A stretch of 64,000 nucleotides of DNA, taken from Lingula anatina. Taxonomy: Eukaryota > Animalia > Brachiopoda. Both the position numbers and the translations under genes were made by a program. Location of the stretch: NCBI GenBank assembly GCA_051362555.1, contig CM120648.1, positions 12,210,587 through 12,274,586 of the forward strand, in the 5' to 3' direction. Positions 1 through 11,636 of the stretch are shown here, one piece after another (the stretch's first letter is position 1; each line of letters begins with the position of its first letter). The notes below the pieces were generated by a model. That model saw nothing but the letters and a program-made list of their open reading frames with translations, did no database searches and was not told where the DNA came from.

Positions 1-658
1 TTGGAAAGTATGGGAAAATTGTTGTTTACTCCAGAAAAATCCATTTTTTGGCCAAAACGAAGATTTTTTATCCCTTTAAGCATATTATAAAATTAAAACC
101 TGAGTGAACTCTTTCTGCTGTTTTTCTAAGACAAGCACTATGCTAGACTGGGCTGGAAATTAAGAAGGTCACCAGTATAGTACGTCTGTCTGATATTTCC
201 ATACACACCATGGCCCACTTTTTCACAGCTGACATTATGTAACAAGATCATGATGTTGTGAAATTCTCTTTCTCAGGATAAATACAAACTACAATGGTTT
301 GTTAAAGTAAATTGTTTTAATGACAGGATGATGCTGACTTTGTGTGAAAATAATGATAAATTGTATTTTGTAAAAAGGAATGTGGTTGCTTTTTGATGCA
401 ACGCAAAGTTACTTGACTGAAAATAGTTAAAGAAAATGTGTTTTTTTCTACCAGTAAAGGGTTATGAGGTTTGTGTAATTTTTTTTAAACATGACAAGGT
501 GTTGAATTGAAAGAAAAAATAGAAATATTTCATAAAATTGGATGTGGATGTGGCTTTTTTTTTGTGTGTGTGTGTGTGTGTAATGACAATTGTGTATTTG
601 GAAACAGTGTTACGAGTAAATTGACTGGGAATTGAAAGTCAGACGAGGTAGTTGTGCA

Positions 659-783
659 CCCTCTACCAAGGTGGCAGATATAGGCAAATTTTGAAAAAGG
701 CAGAGAATCAAATGACTATTTATGTATTAAAGACATATCTGTGGACATCTTGTGAAAAATCAATCTGTGACCCTGGTAGAGGA
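659..783. mobile_element. MITE, CCCTCTACC-terminal family (degenerate copy)
   Basis: Inverted ends ccctctacc...ggtagagg; same family as 11637-11815 and 58902-59041. Confidence 0.7.
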
Positions 784-847
784 TAGTGGTGGTGTTATTA
801 ACACGTTCTGACAATTGAACAGATTTGGTTTGTTTTATATTCCCCAG

Positions 848-968
848 TACAAGTGGTTGGGCCCCTAAATACACCATCATGGATGCTGGGATGAAGACAA
901 TCTTTGAGGTGAACGGGCCATGCTGTATCTGCCAGGGACCTTGTTGTACTTGGGACCAAGACTTTGTG
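848..968 (+). CDS. PLSCR: Phospholipid scramblase, internal exon (5' exons lie upstream of the window)
   Basis: tccccag|...gtg|gtatgt splice sites. Encodes TSGWAPKYTIMDAGMKTIFEVNGPCCICQGPCCTWDQDFV, with the Cys-rich GPCC..C..CC motif of scramblases. Ends in phase 0. Confidence 0.92.
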
Positions 969-1166
969 GTATGTGGATACTCAGAACAGTTGAGCGCATT
1001 CAGAAAAGCGGACTAACAGATCCCTGGATCAAATATGGCTGACCCACTTGAATGCTTGTTACGTAATCCCCGCGAGGAATCTTTTCGGTGTCTTATTGAG
1101 ATTTAAGGTTCAAGTCTTTTAGTATGTGGCCATATTTGAAACGCAAATTTGTTAGCCTGCTGTTCT

Positions 1167-1219
<53 letters not shown>

Positions 1220-2225
1220 TCAAAAAAATTCAATTTGCGGTAACAATAATCGTGCAGTTGTCTACCCATTTCACACATCACAACCAGAGATGGGCGATAT
1301 ATAATATTAAAAGTGGAAATGTCAAGTCACATGGATATTACATTTGCGCACACCACAACTACATGCAGCTGAATTCTTTCTGCTGGAATACACATTTCTT
1401 CCGTGCCTCGCTTGTATTTTTGGCACAGAGCTTGCAGAGTGAGTCAGGAATTACATTAAAGCATTCAATAGAATATCATGTTATACAAGATGCTTGCTAT
1501 TTTAAGAGTGATCAAATGAGTTTGCTCATGCTTCATGAAATGTCTTTAACCTTTATGATAGTCTAATGATACTTAAGACATGCCCCTACATGGTAGCTTA
1601 AACTGCAGTAAGTTGATCTCTTTTGGCAAAAACGCATTAGAAATTTTTACAAAATCGAAACTAATGTATAAAATGATGAGCACTGATCAAATTTTTAGAT
1701 TACAGATATGAAAGTATAAGATTCTGTAGCATTCAAGTCAACTCTGCAATGTATTTGTCTGTCTTAATTTGTCATTTAATGTAAATACACACTACTTGTG
1801 AACATTTAAAGAGATTAGAAGTAGCATTAGTTATATAAATTACAAACTGAAGGCTCTCCCTTCACCTTCTCAGTCCTGTTCTATATGTGTCAGAGATTGT
1901 CGAGAACATACTGGTATAATTCCCTTTTTGATACGCAGTTGAATTAGTTGATTATTGAAATTCATCAGTTTGATTTGTTTTGAAGCTATTTAATTACATT
2001 ATTTATTGTTAATTTATGTAAAATTGATATTTGTACACTCTGTAGAAGAATTTGTTGTATTAATATGTACTTTTATCGTAAATTGAGAAAAAGAACCTGT
2101 GTGTATTATATAAACAGAGCAAGGGCACTCACAACTAACATATTTATGTTCATATCATTAAATGGCGGTTTTGGTTGTTAATTCGGCATTTGAAAACACG
2201 AACTCTACATTCAAAAACACAAATT

Positions 2226-2386
2226 GAGGGCAGACAGAAGCTGTCTTCTGAAAGATGGTCAGAATTTTTCAAGTTTACATTGACGGACATCTATTTTTTT
2301 CTTTGGGAAGATGGTCAAAAATGGAGGATGGATGAACGAAGATTTTTTTGAAGACTGTCAAAAAAATACCTCTGGATCTGCCCCTG
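2226..2386 (+). mobile_element. MITE, CAGGGGCGGATCCAG-terminal family (CpG-decayed copy)
   Basis: Reverse-complement match to 8306-8472 and same-strand match to 22636-22790. Confidence 0.8.
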
Positions 2387-2447
2387 CAAATGGCAATTAA
2401 TGTTTATGAGACCTGGTGACTGTAGTCAAACTGTATTGTAATTTCAG

Positions 2448-2550
2448 ATCACTCCACCAGGTGGCGGTGAGGAGGTAGGGAAGATCAGCAAGCAGTGGAC
2501 GGGACTGATCAAGGAGATGTTCACTGATGCAGACAACTTTGGTGTGACAT
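2448..2550 (+). CDS. PLSCR: Phospholipid scramblase, internal exon
   Basis: atttcag|...|gtaagt. Encodes ITPPGGGEEVGKISKQWTGLIKEMFTDADNFGVT, containing the scramblase GKISKQW and FTDADNFG motifs. Phase 0 start matches the previous exon. Confidence 0.96.
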
Positions 2551-2839
2551 GTAAGTGGTTTGTTCTTAAAGTTAGCAAAGTTTAGAGCTAAATAAAAATT
2601 TAGAGCTAAAAGCAGAATAAAAGTTATCATGCCAACAGGATCGATTTCGGCAGGTATTATTACTACTAAGGTGCAGACAGTGTAATCAACTGAATAGTCT
2701 GACGTGTTCCCTCGTAACTAAAAGTACTTGTGTAAAATCAGGAAAACTTTGTGGTCCGTGATCTTGTTCATGTTGCTTTTTGAGGGGGCTTACCTTCTTT
2801 CCTCAGGGCCAAGTAGTTTTGTATATCATATTGTATATT

Positions 2840-3118
2840 AATTATCTCCTCAGTCCCCATTGATTGTATATATATATATATATATTATAATGTCTATTTT
2901 TTCTCTCCTCACTCCCAATGATCCTTACATATCATTATGTCCATTATTTCTCTCCTCAGTCCTAATGGATCGTATATACCATAAAGTCTATTTCTCTCCG
3001 TAGTCCCCATGAATGGTATATATTTATATCATTAAGTCTATAATTTCTCTCCTCAGTCCCCATGGATCGTATATATAATATACTATCTATTTTTTCTCTC
3101 CTCAGTCCCCATGGATCT
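2840..3118 (+). repeat. Tandem repeat (6 units of 44-59 bp) copying the 3' splice site and first bases of the penultimate exon
   Basis: Unit like tatttctctcctcAG|tccccatggatcgtatata. AG ends at 2853, 2959, 3003, 3056 and 3105; the copy at 2912 reads AC. Confidence 0.9.
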
Positions 3119-3164
3119 GGATGTGAAGCTGAAGGCCACACTTCTGGGAGCTGTTTTCCTCATT
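3106..3164 (+). CDS. PLSCR: Phospholipid scramblase, penultimate exon
   Basis: ctcctcag|...|gtgagt. Phase 1 start completes (F)PMDLDVKLKATLLGAVFLI, the conserved C-terminal hydrophobic helix. Ends in phase 0. Confidence 0.95.
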
Positions 3165-3699
3165 GTGAGTACTCTTAAGACACATTTTAAGCCCAATTGT
3201 GACAGCACATATAATAACCCCACTATATCAGCCACCTGTATGATTGTGATTTTTTTTTAAATATCTGCACAAAAGTAAAAGTTTAACAAGCTAACTATAA
3301 CAATTACTCACCAAGAATTCTCAAATTCAAACACTCTTTGTGGTGAATCTAAACAAACAAAAAGAAAAGAGAATTATGAATATTTACAAATTCTACTGCA
3401 GAACGTGTGTTTCAAGTCAGTGTACATTTGTGATTGGTAAAACAGTGAAGATTAAAAAAATACTTTCCTTTTTGGTCTGAATAATACACCCACGTGTTGT
3501 GCTAAATAAGAAAAGTCATATGTTAGGCTGTCACAACTTAGCAGAAAGTGTGTAGTCTGACTGTATCAGTGTATCAGGTTTGTGTGTAACTGTAATAACA
3601 AAACTGTAGCTGACTATGGCCATATAGCATCCCTGCTTGGCTGCCTTAGCTTGCTTCAGCTTTTTGGTGCTAAACCCCGCCACCATGCTAGTAGGTTTC

Positions 3700-3860
3700 A
3701 TAGAAATTAGTTTCATTTATGGTAGATTTCATATGTGTATATTTCATTTTTGTAAATTTCATAGGGTAGTATATTTCATTCTTGTAGATTTCATAGGGTA
3801 GTATATTTCATTCTTGTAGATTTCATAGGGTAGTATATTTCATTCTTGTAGATTTCATAC
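3700..3860. repeat. 32-bp minisatellite, about 5 copies (3 near-perfect)
   Basis: Unit ttgtagatttcatagggtagtatatttcattc. Confidence 0.85.
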
Positions 3861-5117
3861 TAGTCCAGTAGACTCCTAGGGATTGATTCCTCTTTGAAAG
3901 GTTATCTCAGAGCTAGCTTGACAGCCACCCACTCTTTTTAAGCAGAAAGTTCTCTCCTTCTCATGTTTGTTGAAAATTGGGTCAATACCATTGAAAAAAA
4001 TTATGCCAATACATTAAAGCCAATATTACACTGGATTGTGACCTCTTGGAAACCTGGTGATTGCAAGCTTGGTGTGACATGGGCTACCCACAGGCATGAA
4101 ATTATGCTATTCTGAAAATAAAATTATGATTGGAGTATTTGTCAATGGTGAAGGGACACACTACTCTGGAATTTGTAGTGAATTAATCAGAACCATTTTG
4201 CATAAGATTTAAAGCCAGAAATTTGGTGTACCCTTTTTGATAAAAATTGCTCTACTTCAGTTCTAGATATCTCTGTAGTACTCCAATGAATGAACAAAGT
4301 AGTGTCTTTGTTGTAGCATAAACACAGTATTCCATATGATAAGGCTACTACAGGATTATCCTAGGTCAGAGTAGATTGACATGGGAGTCCTGAAGTTTAG
4401 ACCAATTTGCAGGCCAAAGTTGGACATGTGAAACTTTGTCAAAGATTTTTTCTATCTGTCTCAGGGCAATGAGCAAGATTTTGAGTGAGATTTCTGTTTG
4501 AGCATGTGGCTGTTTGTTTTGTTATGACTGAATTTAGAACAGTGCAGTACTGTGTGTGTGTGTGTGTGTGTGTGCATGCGTGCGTGCGTGTGGGGATGTG
4601 TGTGCGTAAGTTTGTAAGTTTTTGCAGTTATACACGGGTGGGTGAAAATCATCAACTCATTTTCCTTCAGTCATCATTTGTCAACTCTTCAACACTAAGA
4701 GGATGATAGCTAGGCACTCTTTCCCCTTCTTAAGTAATACTTAGAAGGTTGTAGGTCTCTTGTCATTAGGACTAGGTCCATTGTGTTGAACTCTTACTTT
4801 TTTTTTTACTGTTGTTAACCACTTCCTTTTTTCTATCTTGTAATTTTTATTAATATTTATTTTTGTAAATCTTTGTAATATATTTTCTATGGTTGTTTGA
4901 TGAAGAAAGTGCACAATTTTACAAAGGAAGATCACTTTGCTTCCTTATTTCTTTTTACTGTTAACATTTGGGGCTGTTTACCAAATTGTTATTAATATTT
5001 CCATCTTATTCCTGACAATCAAGGCAATAAAACTTGGTTTTATATTGAAAGGGAATTTTTAAATTAAAAATGAAAACATTTTTATAAGGAAATGAGACCA
5101 TGTACTGTTTTTTACAG

Positions 5118-5162
5118 GATTTTATGTATTTTGAAAGCGAGCAGAACAACAATGACCATTGA
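5118..5162 (+). CDS. PLSCR: Scramblase terminal exon, copy A (DFMYFESEQNNNDH*)
   Basis: tttttacag| acceptor, phase 0; completes the conserved FLI-DFMYFE ending; TGA stop. Confidence 0.88.
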   Translation, partial: DFMYFESEQNNNDH

Positions 5163-5370
5163 TCAGCATATGTAACAGTTCAGTGATGAGTTTGTAGATA
5201 TTTCTCAGACGTGTGTGTCTGTGTGTCTTTCTCTCAGTTTCTTGAAAGAAAAAGAATGTTCGAAAATAATTTAAGTGTGCCAATGTCATTGTAATGAACA
5301 GTTTGTATTCACAAAGGTGTGTTTGCCTCTGTTCATGTATGCATATGTATATGAGTGTATATGAGCGTAT

Positions 5371-5596
5371 GGGTGCTTTCCCAGAGATTTAGATCGATCT
5401 AAAGATTAAGTTTTAGATCGACCTAACTCCCTGGGGGTTCACGCTAAATTGCAGTCAGCCGAGCGGACACCATAGTTAATTACCCCCTTACAGCTTTAAG
5501 TAGGCGGGACAGACGCTTAAGCCGGCCAAGCTGACAGTAATCTAGTGAGACTCCCCACAGGGATAGATCGATCTAAAAATCTAAGGAAATGGGGTG
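5371..5596 (-). mobile_element. PIF/Harbinger-type MITE (family A) in the 3' UTR region of terminal exon A
   Basis: Imperfect TIRs containing tagatcgatcta; TAT on both flanks; reverse complement of the copies at 30993-31776. Confidence 0.85.
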
Positions 5597-6700
5597 TATA
5601 TGTGTGTGTATGTGTGTGTATATGTGTGTATGTGTGTGTATGTATGTGTGTGTATATGTGTGTGTGTGTGTGCACGTGTTAGATTGTCCTTTGTGTGTGT
5701 GTGTGTGTGTATATGTGTATATGTGTGTATGTGTATATGTGTGTGTATGTGTGTGTATGCACGTGTTAGATTGTCCTTTGTGTGTGTGTGTGTGTGTGTT
5801 AATGTGTACATAACATCAATTAACCTGCAAAAGTTAGTGTACACAAATAATTTTAACATGACCACCTTTTCCTAATGCACTGATAGTTGCAGTGTCATCT
5901 TTATTTCTTGTTTGTGGCTAACAGATGGGGATTGGGGGTAGGGGGAGAAAGACAAATAACAAAAACTAAGGAAAACATCACTCTCTTGGTAGTTTTTTTT
6001 TTTTTTTTTTTAGTGTAATGTATAATTTCTGTACTTTCCAAAATTTTGGTATTGACCCGATGTTTTCAATGGGGGAAAATGAATTTTACAAAAATCTGAA
6101 AATTTAAGTCACAGATTCTTCAAATTAGAACATTCCTACCATTGAGTGGTAGCAACAAAACTGAAAAGCATGCTACCTTATAGTTCATTCCTATACAGTC
6201 AGACAACACAAATGCTGCACACAGAAATATATTTCAATTGTTTTTATGTTATAGATCTGAAGGATTAGACATTTTTCCCCACTGAAAATATCATTAAGTA
6301 ATTGGCAAATTAATCTATCAATGCTGATTAATAAAATGGATGTTCTATTAATATAATTTGAGTGAAGAGAATTTTATCAGCAATGAAATTGATACAACAT
6401 ATGACTGATTTTTATAAAATATTAATGTAAAATTGGAAAACAAACTTTTAGATTTTACTTGATATGATTATCTAATGTTGTACAATATTTAAGTAATTTG
6501 TAAATTATAAAACAAATGTTGAAAATCTGCATAATGAAGTGGGGATTATTTCTCCCAAGGAGTTCATTAATATAATTGTATCCCTAGCTGCCAAAGCCTA
6601 AAATTAGTGCATTTCTTCATTAAACACACTATCTTTAAGTTTTTTTTACATGAGGGAAGACAATTGTTTAAAAGTTGTGCATTTTCATATTTTATTGCAG

Positions 6701-6742
6701 GATTTCATGTACTTCGAGCAGCAGAATAACAACAATAATTGA
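6701..6742 (+). CDS. PLSCR: Scramblase terminal exon, copy B (DFMYFEQQNNNNN*)
   Basis: ttttattgcag| acceptor, phase 0; same DFMYFE motif; TGA stop. Confidence 0.85.
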   Translation, partial: DFMYFEQQNNNNN

Positions 6743-7995
6743 TTAAGCAAGACTATTTATGATTACGCAATAGAAACCAACAAACCTGTATTCCAGAACC
6801 TAACAGCTCCCTACAGCAACCAGTTATACTGAAGAGTGGAATTGATTGTCTCTAAGTGAACATTTATCAAGGAAAAAAATATATAAATATAGTGTCTGTT
6901 AACCAGACAGTCAGGATATATTTATCTCAAGTATTACTAGGTCTTGTATTGTTTTGATTGGAAACATATGTATTTTTTAGTTTGGTATTTTTAGTGTGCA
7001 TGTCAAATATTTATTTATTTATTTATTTATTTATTTATTTTTTTTTTTTTATTTTTTTTTTTTTTAGTTCCAAAGGTTTCTTTTAAGCCTTCTTTCACAC
7101 CATTCCCTTAGAAAATTCTGTCAGGAAAACTTACAATTACAGCAGTATTGGTTGTTAAAGTTTGGGTAAAGCTATCTCTGAGATGAGTGGTGACTTAAAA
7201 TGACCTGAGGAAAGTTCTGATAGCCGCCATTTTCTTCACTTTGAATATTATTGAATAATACCTTCTCTTTGAATTCAAATGATATCCACTGGTTAAACCT
7301 CCCGATTCGGTGATTTCTTTATGATTTCTGGGTGTTAAAATGAATAAAATTGGGTGGCGAGTTCAAACATTTTGTTTTCAGTAACTTGGTGTTTTAACAG
7401 AAAGATTGGACTTATCTTTGACCACACATTCATGGAAAGTACTAGTAAAAGGCTGACCATTCTAAAGGGAATTGTAATAGAAGGAAGACTTTCAGTACAG
7501 TCCCTTCCTCAGGCCATTTTTATTCTTTATTGAGATAGATATGTATCAATACTGAGTATATTTAGACATCAGTGTATTTAACTGGATATGGGTAGATAGC
7601 TTGGGGTTGTCACGTAAATGGAAAAGACTTTGTGATGGGAGTCTACTGTACGAACTGTTTATTTTAGCGTGCTTCATTCCTTTGTTTTATCTTGTTTTTC
7701 TGTAAACATTACCTAATTAAATTAACTGTATAACGGCAAGACTGAGCCCAAACTTGAATATTTATGCAAATTATTCTTAAGGATGTAAGGGTTTATTTAT
7801 TTATTTATTTACTATTGGAATGCTTTGCTATTGGCTGCTCGGTTGTGCTAGCTGACTCATCATTTGTGCACAGTTTGCTTATCTTTCTTTTTTGTTTGTT
7901 CTGCGTTGCTTATTTATAAGTGAAGTGCACATTTGCTGCCATGCATTTCACGCATAAATATATATGAAAGTTTAGTGTGTGTTTGCATGTCTACG

Positions 7996-8189
7996 TGAAA
8001 ATAAACATGCACCTCTTCTGATTGGATGGATTCGCTTGAAATAAACATGCAGCTCCTCTGATTGGATGGTTTCACTTGAAATAAACATGCACCTCTTCTG
8101 ATTGGATGGATTCGCTTGAAATAAACATGCACCTCTTCTGATTGGATGGTTTCACTTGAAATAAACATGCAGCTCTTCTGATTGGATGC
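7996..8189. repeat. 40-bp tandem repeat, about 5 copies
   Basis: Unit tgaaataaacatgcacctcttctgattggatggattcgct with alternating variants. Confidence 0.92.
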
Positions 8190-8305
8190 TTTAGAAGTCC
8201 AGGACAGGAAAACACAACAACGGGCATCATATTTAAGTGACTGTAATATTTCAAGTTGAGTCCCAGAGCAACTTCTCGTCCCACAGCACGTGATATCACG
8301 ACATG

Positions 8306-8472
8306 CAGGGGCGGATCCAGAGATATTTTTTGACAGACTTCCGAAATATCTTTGTTGATCCATCCTCCATTTTTAACCGTCTTCCGACAGAAAAATGAGA
8401 TACCCGTCAATGTAAACTTGAAAATCTGACCGTCTTCCGGAAGACCCAGAAGACGGTCTCAATCCGCCCCTG
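8306..8472 (-). mobile_element. MITE, CAGGGGCGGAT TIR family
   Basis: TIR caggggcggat...atccgcccctg; flanks acatg/acatt, a possible imperfect 5-bp TSD. Confidence 0.85.
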
Positions 8473-8558
8473 ACATTCTCGTCTTAATCTCACATTGGAA
8501 GTCAAAAGTCCTGATTGAGCAAATAAATCTCCACGTTTTTCTTTCTTTTTTTTTCCAG

Positions 8559-8594
8559 GACTTCATGTACTTCGAGCATCAGAACAATAATTGA
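8559..8594 (+). CDS. PLSCR: Scramblase terminal exon, copy C (DFMYFEHQNNN*)
   Basis: Long polypyrimidine tract plus ccag| acceptor, phase 0; DFMYFE motif; TGA stop. Confidence 0.85.
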   Translation, partial: DFMYFEHQNNN

Positions 8595-8944
8595 AAAGCA
8601 AACTAGTACGCGCAAGCGGGGTAGTTTCTGGTGAAGATCAGTTAGCACAATTATGGAGCATTCATAGCACTGCTTGTGCACCTGTGGGGTACTTGCATAT
8701 TAGACCTCACCCTACACACGCTATATTCAATAATTTTGAAGTGATCTATTGTGTAGGCTACACCATTGGATTTAATTGTATAAATTCATGTTCACCAGCC
8801 AGGCTTAAATTCTATCAGTCGTAAACACTGTCAGTTTTGTGTCACTTTGTTGGTGTAAATTTAACTAGTCGGTCACATTACTGGCATCACTCAAATGAGA
8901 CGGAATACTTACAGTTAGAACTACAGATCGCTCGAACAAATGTG

Positions 8945-9112
8945 CAGGCCCGTAGCCAGCAATTTCAAAAGGGGGGTTCTTTTTCTGAAAAAGTGGACCT
9001 TTTCCCATAAAAACTTCATGTACCTAGATCAAATTTTACCCAGGGTGGACCTTTTCCTGGCAAAAGGGGCGGTTCTTTCGAACCCCCCGAACCCCCCCTG
9101 GCTACGGGGCTG
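8945..9112 (+). mobile_element. MITE, CAGGCCCGTAGCCAG TIR family (hAT-like termini)
   Basis: TIR caggcccgtagccag...ctggctacggggctg; AATGTG on both flanks; near-identical to 47920-48101. Confidence 0.88.
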
Positions 9113-10545
9113 AATGTGGTACATTTTAAAGTATGTGAGCAATGTTTTTAGAATTACATGTATCAGATATATTCTGTGTGCATCTAACATCAGATCGGCC
9201 AGTTCTTTGAAGGATTGTTTGTATACAGTATGATTATTATATAATGTTGGCTCTAAAAGATCTGTGATTTTTTGGGGAAGGTATTCATTCAGAAATTGTA
9301 CAAAGCTTGTGGTGTATTTTTGTGCCTTTGGTATCACTTAGATTTATATTTATACGGAATTTATATAAATGGGACTTCCTTAAGTATGGCAACTGAAAGC
9401 ATAGTTTGTTGATTCCTTGAAGTTTAGACAGCGCTCCAGAACAATGGCTAGCACCATTTCATAATATGAAGGATATTATTATTATTGGAATGCATACTTT
9501 ATTTTCTCTTCACCTCTTATAACTTTATGGTGCATAGATACTCGAATGCTTTATTTTTATTTATTTTTTATTTCTTTATTTTTTTCGTTCATGTTTGTTT
9601 AACTCGTTTCAATTTCGAATGACGTTATCGTTTGTTTGTTTGTTTGTATAGGTGCGATCCTTTATTATTTAGTCGTCGAAAAGCGAATCACAGGATAAAT
9701 TGCTGACACTGTCTACCCGTTTTCTGTGCAGAAAATCCTCACATCTTAAAATACCCCCCCCCCTCCAATCTTATATCAGTAATAGAAGTTCAAATGTACT
9801 CTTTCGACATTGAAATGTTGCCTTCAAGTAAAGGTCAGACGGATCAGTTAGAAAACACTGTCTGGTGTACTTAATATTAGACGGGAAAAGTCGATCCGCA
9901 TGTCTGTCGGAGATGAAATGGAAAATGAGAAATGCGCGACTTAAAATTGGAGCGCGAAAGCATCTTCACAAAGCGTCATAAACAGATATACACTTCTTTC
10001 TATAAAATACAGGAACTGTTTGAATTTTACAGGATATTACACAGACAATTTTGTAAATCCCCTTTCCTGTAGGACACGTGGAAGCTTTAAGAGTTGCTTA
10101 TTTTTGCGGTACTTGTTACCAAAGGTATAGGCGCAGATAGTGAAAAGGTGAAATGCCATTTAATACACCTATTTGGTTATCTCCTATAGCCTCTATTTTT
10201 TCTTTTTGGTCAAGTACTTATATCGTTTTTTAAAAAGTCACTATAGATGATGTCACTTATTATATTTGGCTTTGTAAACATTGTCGTCAATACGACGTAT
10301 ATGTATAATGGGACCTATGATGCAGTTTGAAAAAGAAATTGCATGCGTGATAAAGGACCGTGAAAGCGGGTTCAAATCTGATGTGATCTGGTATTTATTA
10401 TTACACTAATCCTCTGTTCTTTATGATGTCAGAGATACTGTAAAATAGATATCCTTTTTGCTAATCATTTATATTCAAGTACCCATATCTTTGCATTTTT
10501 CTGTTTTGAAAATGATTATTGGTACTGTGGTTCTAATTACTTATT

Positions 10546-10551
10546 AATAAA
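10546..10551 (+). terminator. Candidate poly(A) signal for the most distal scramblase 3' UTR
   Basis: AATAAA followed by a GT/T-rich tract (about 10553-10600). Confidence 0.45.
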
Positions 10552-10699
10552 TGTAGTTTTTGTAATAGTAACTGTTTGTTCTGTTGTGTTTTTATTTGTT
10601 GCTGAGGCTACCCATGTAATTGAAGCATGGAAAGAAATACAAACGAGGAAGAATTATTTTTGGAAATTTATGTACATGAAAGAAACCAAAAAAAGGTAT

Positions 10700-11145
10700 A
10701 TAATCGTAGTCAATTCTTGATCAATCGGGAATTCGTGGCAAAAATTTTGAGCTGTTCAAAATTTTGGCTACGAACTCCCGATTCCAAAAAATAGTAGTGA
10801 ATTCGTGCGATTCCAGCCGAATCCCAGGAATATTCGTAACACTATCGCACCTGTATCGCAACTGAATCGTAGAGCGTGTCGAATTAGGCCAGAAAATTTG
10901 CAAAGTCTCACGAATCCTGAAATTTGTCAATTCCTGGCGATTCGTGGGATTCGTGGTCTGTGTGAAATAGGGGCATCAAAGTTTTTGCCACGAATTCCTG
11001 TAGGTCAAGAATTGCAAGAACTGACTACGAATATATACGAATCTGTTAGGAACTTCACGAACTGATTACGATTCAACCACGAATCCTGAAATTTGTCAAT
11101 TCCTGACGATTCGTGGGATTCGTGGTCTGTGTGAAATAGGGGCAT
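10700..11145. mobile_element. Transposon-end remnant with dense acgaat/attcgt subterminal motifs and a duplicated terminus
   Basis: A ~69-bp segment ending gtctgtgtgaaataggggcat occurs twice (10909-10977, 11077-11145); many attcgtg/cacgaat motifs. Confidence 0.6.
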
Positions 11146-11636
11146 GACACCTGTCCTAACGCGTGATTATGGTACGGGGGGGGGGGGGATAAATCCTTTT
11201 CACAAGTCACGATGTACCGACGAAACTCAATACGGTTATTAAACTGACAGTGCAGAGCGCGTGACTCCGTTTTTCGAAATATCAAGATAGAAAATTTACA
11301 ATCTCTAAAATGATACGTTCCTAGTTTCAGGTTGGGATAAATTTGAAAGATACTGACAAAGTGAGCTGTGAGTTTTTAACAAATATCTAAACAAGCGTTG
11401 CTTTTCCCTCTGTAAGAAGACATGAAATTGTTATATACAACAAAATCAAGATAAAATTTTGAAAAAAAAAATGGATGTTTATTCACGAAGTTATCGTAAG
11501 TTTCCAATGCCCCCTTTTTTGACGTGACGTTAAGATCACGCAAATTATCGCGAGTTTTTAAATCGCTGTCCCAGGTCGATCATGAAGAGCAAATAGCAAG
11601 GCTGTGGTCGAGTTAAAGGAAAGTTACGTTATCTTA

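Noticed and set aside
7914-8410. Minus-strand ORFs of 149 and 112 aa with internal repeats
   Set aside because: They read through a MITE and the 40-bp tandem repeat; no splice or domain support.
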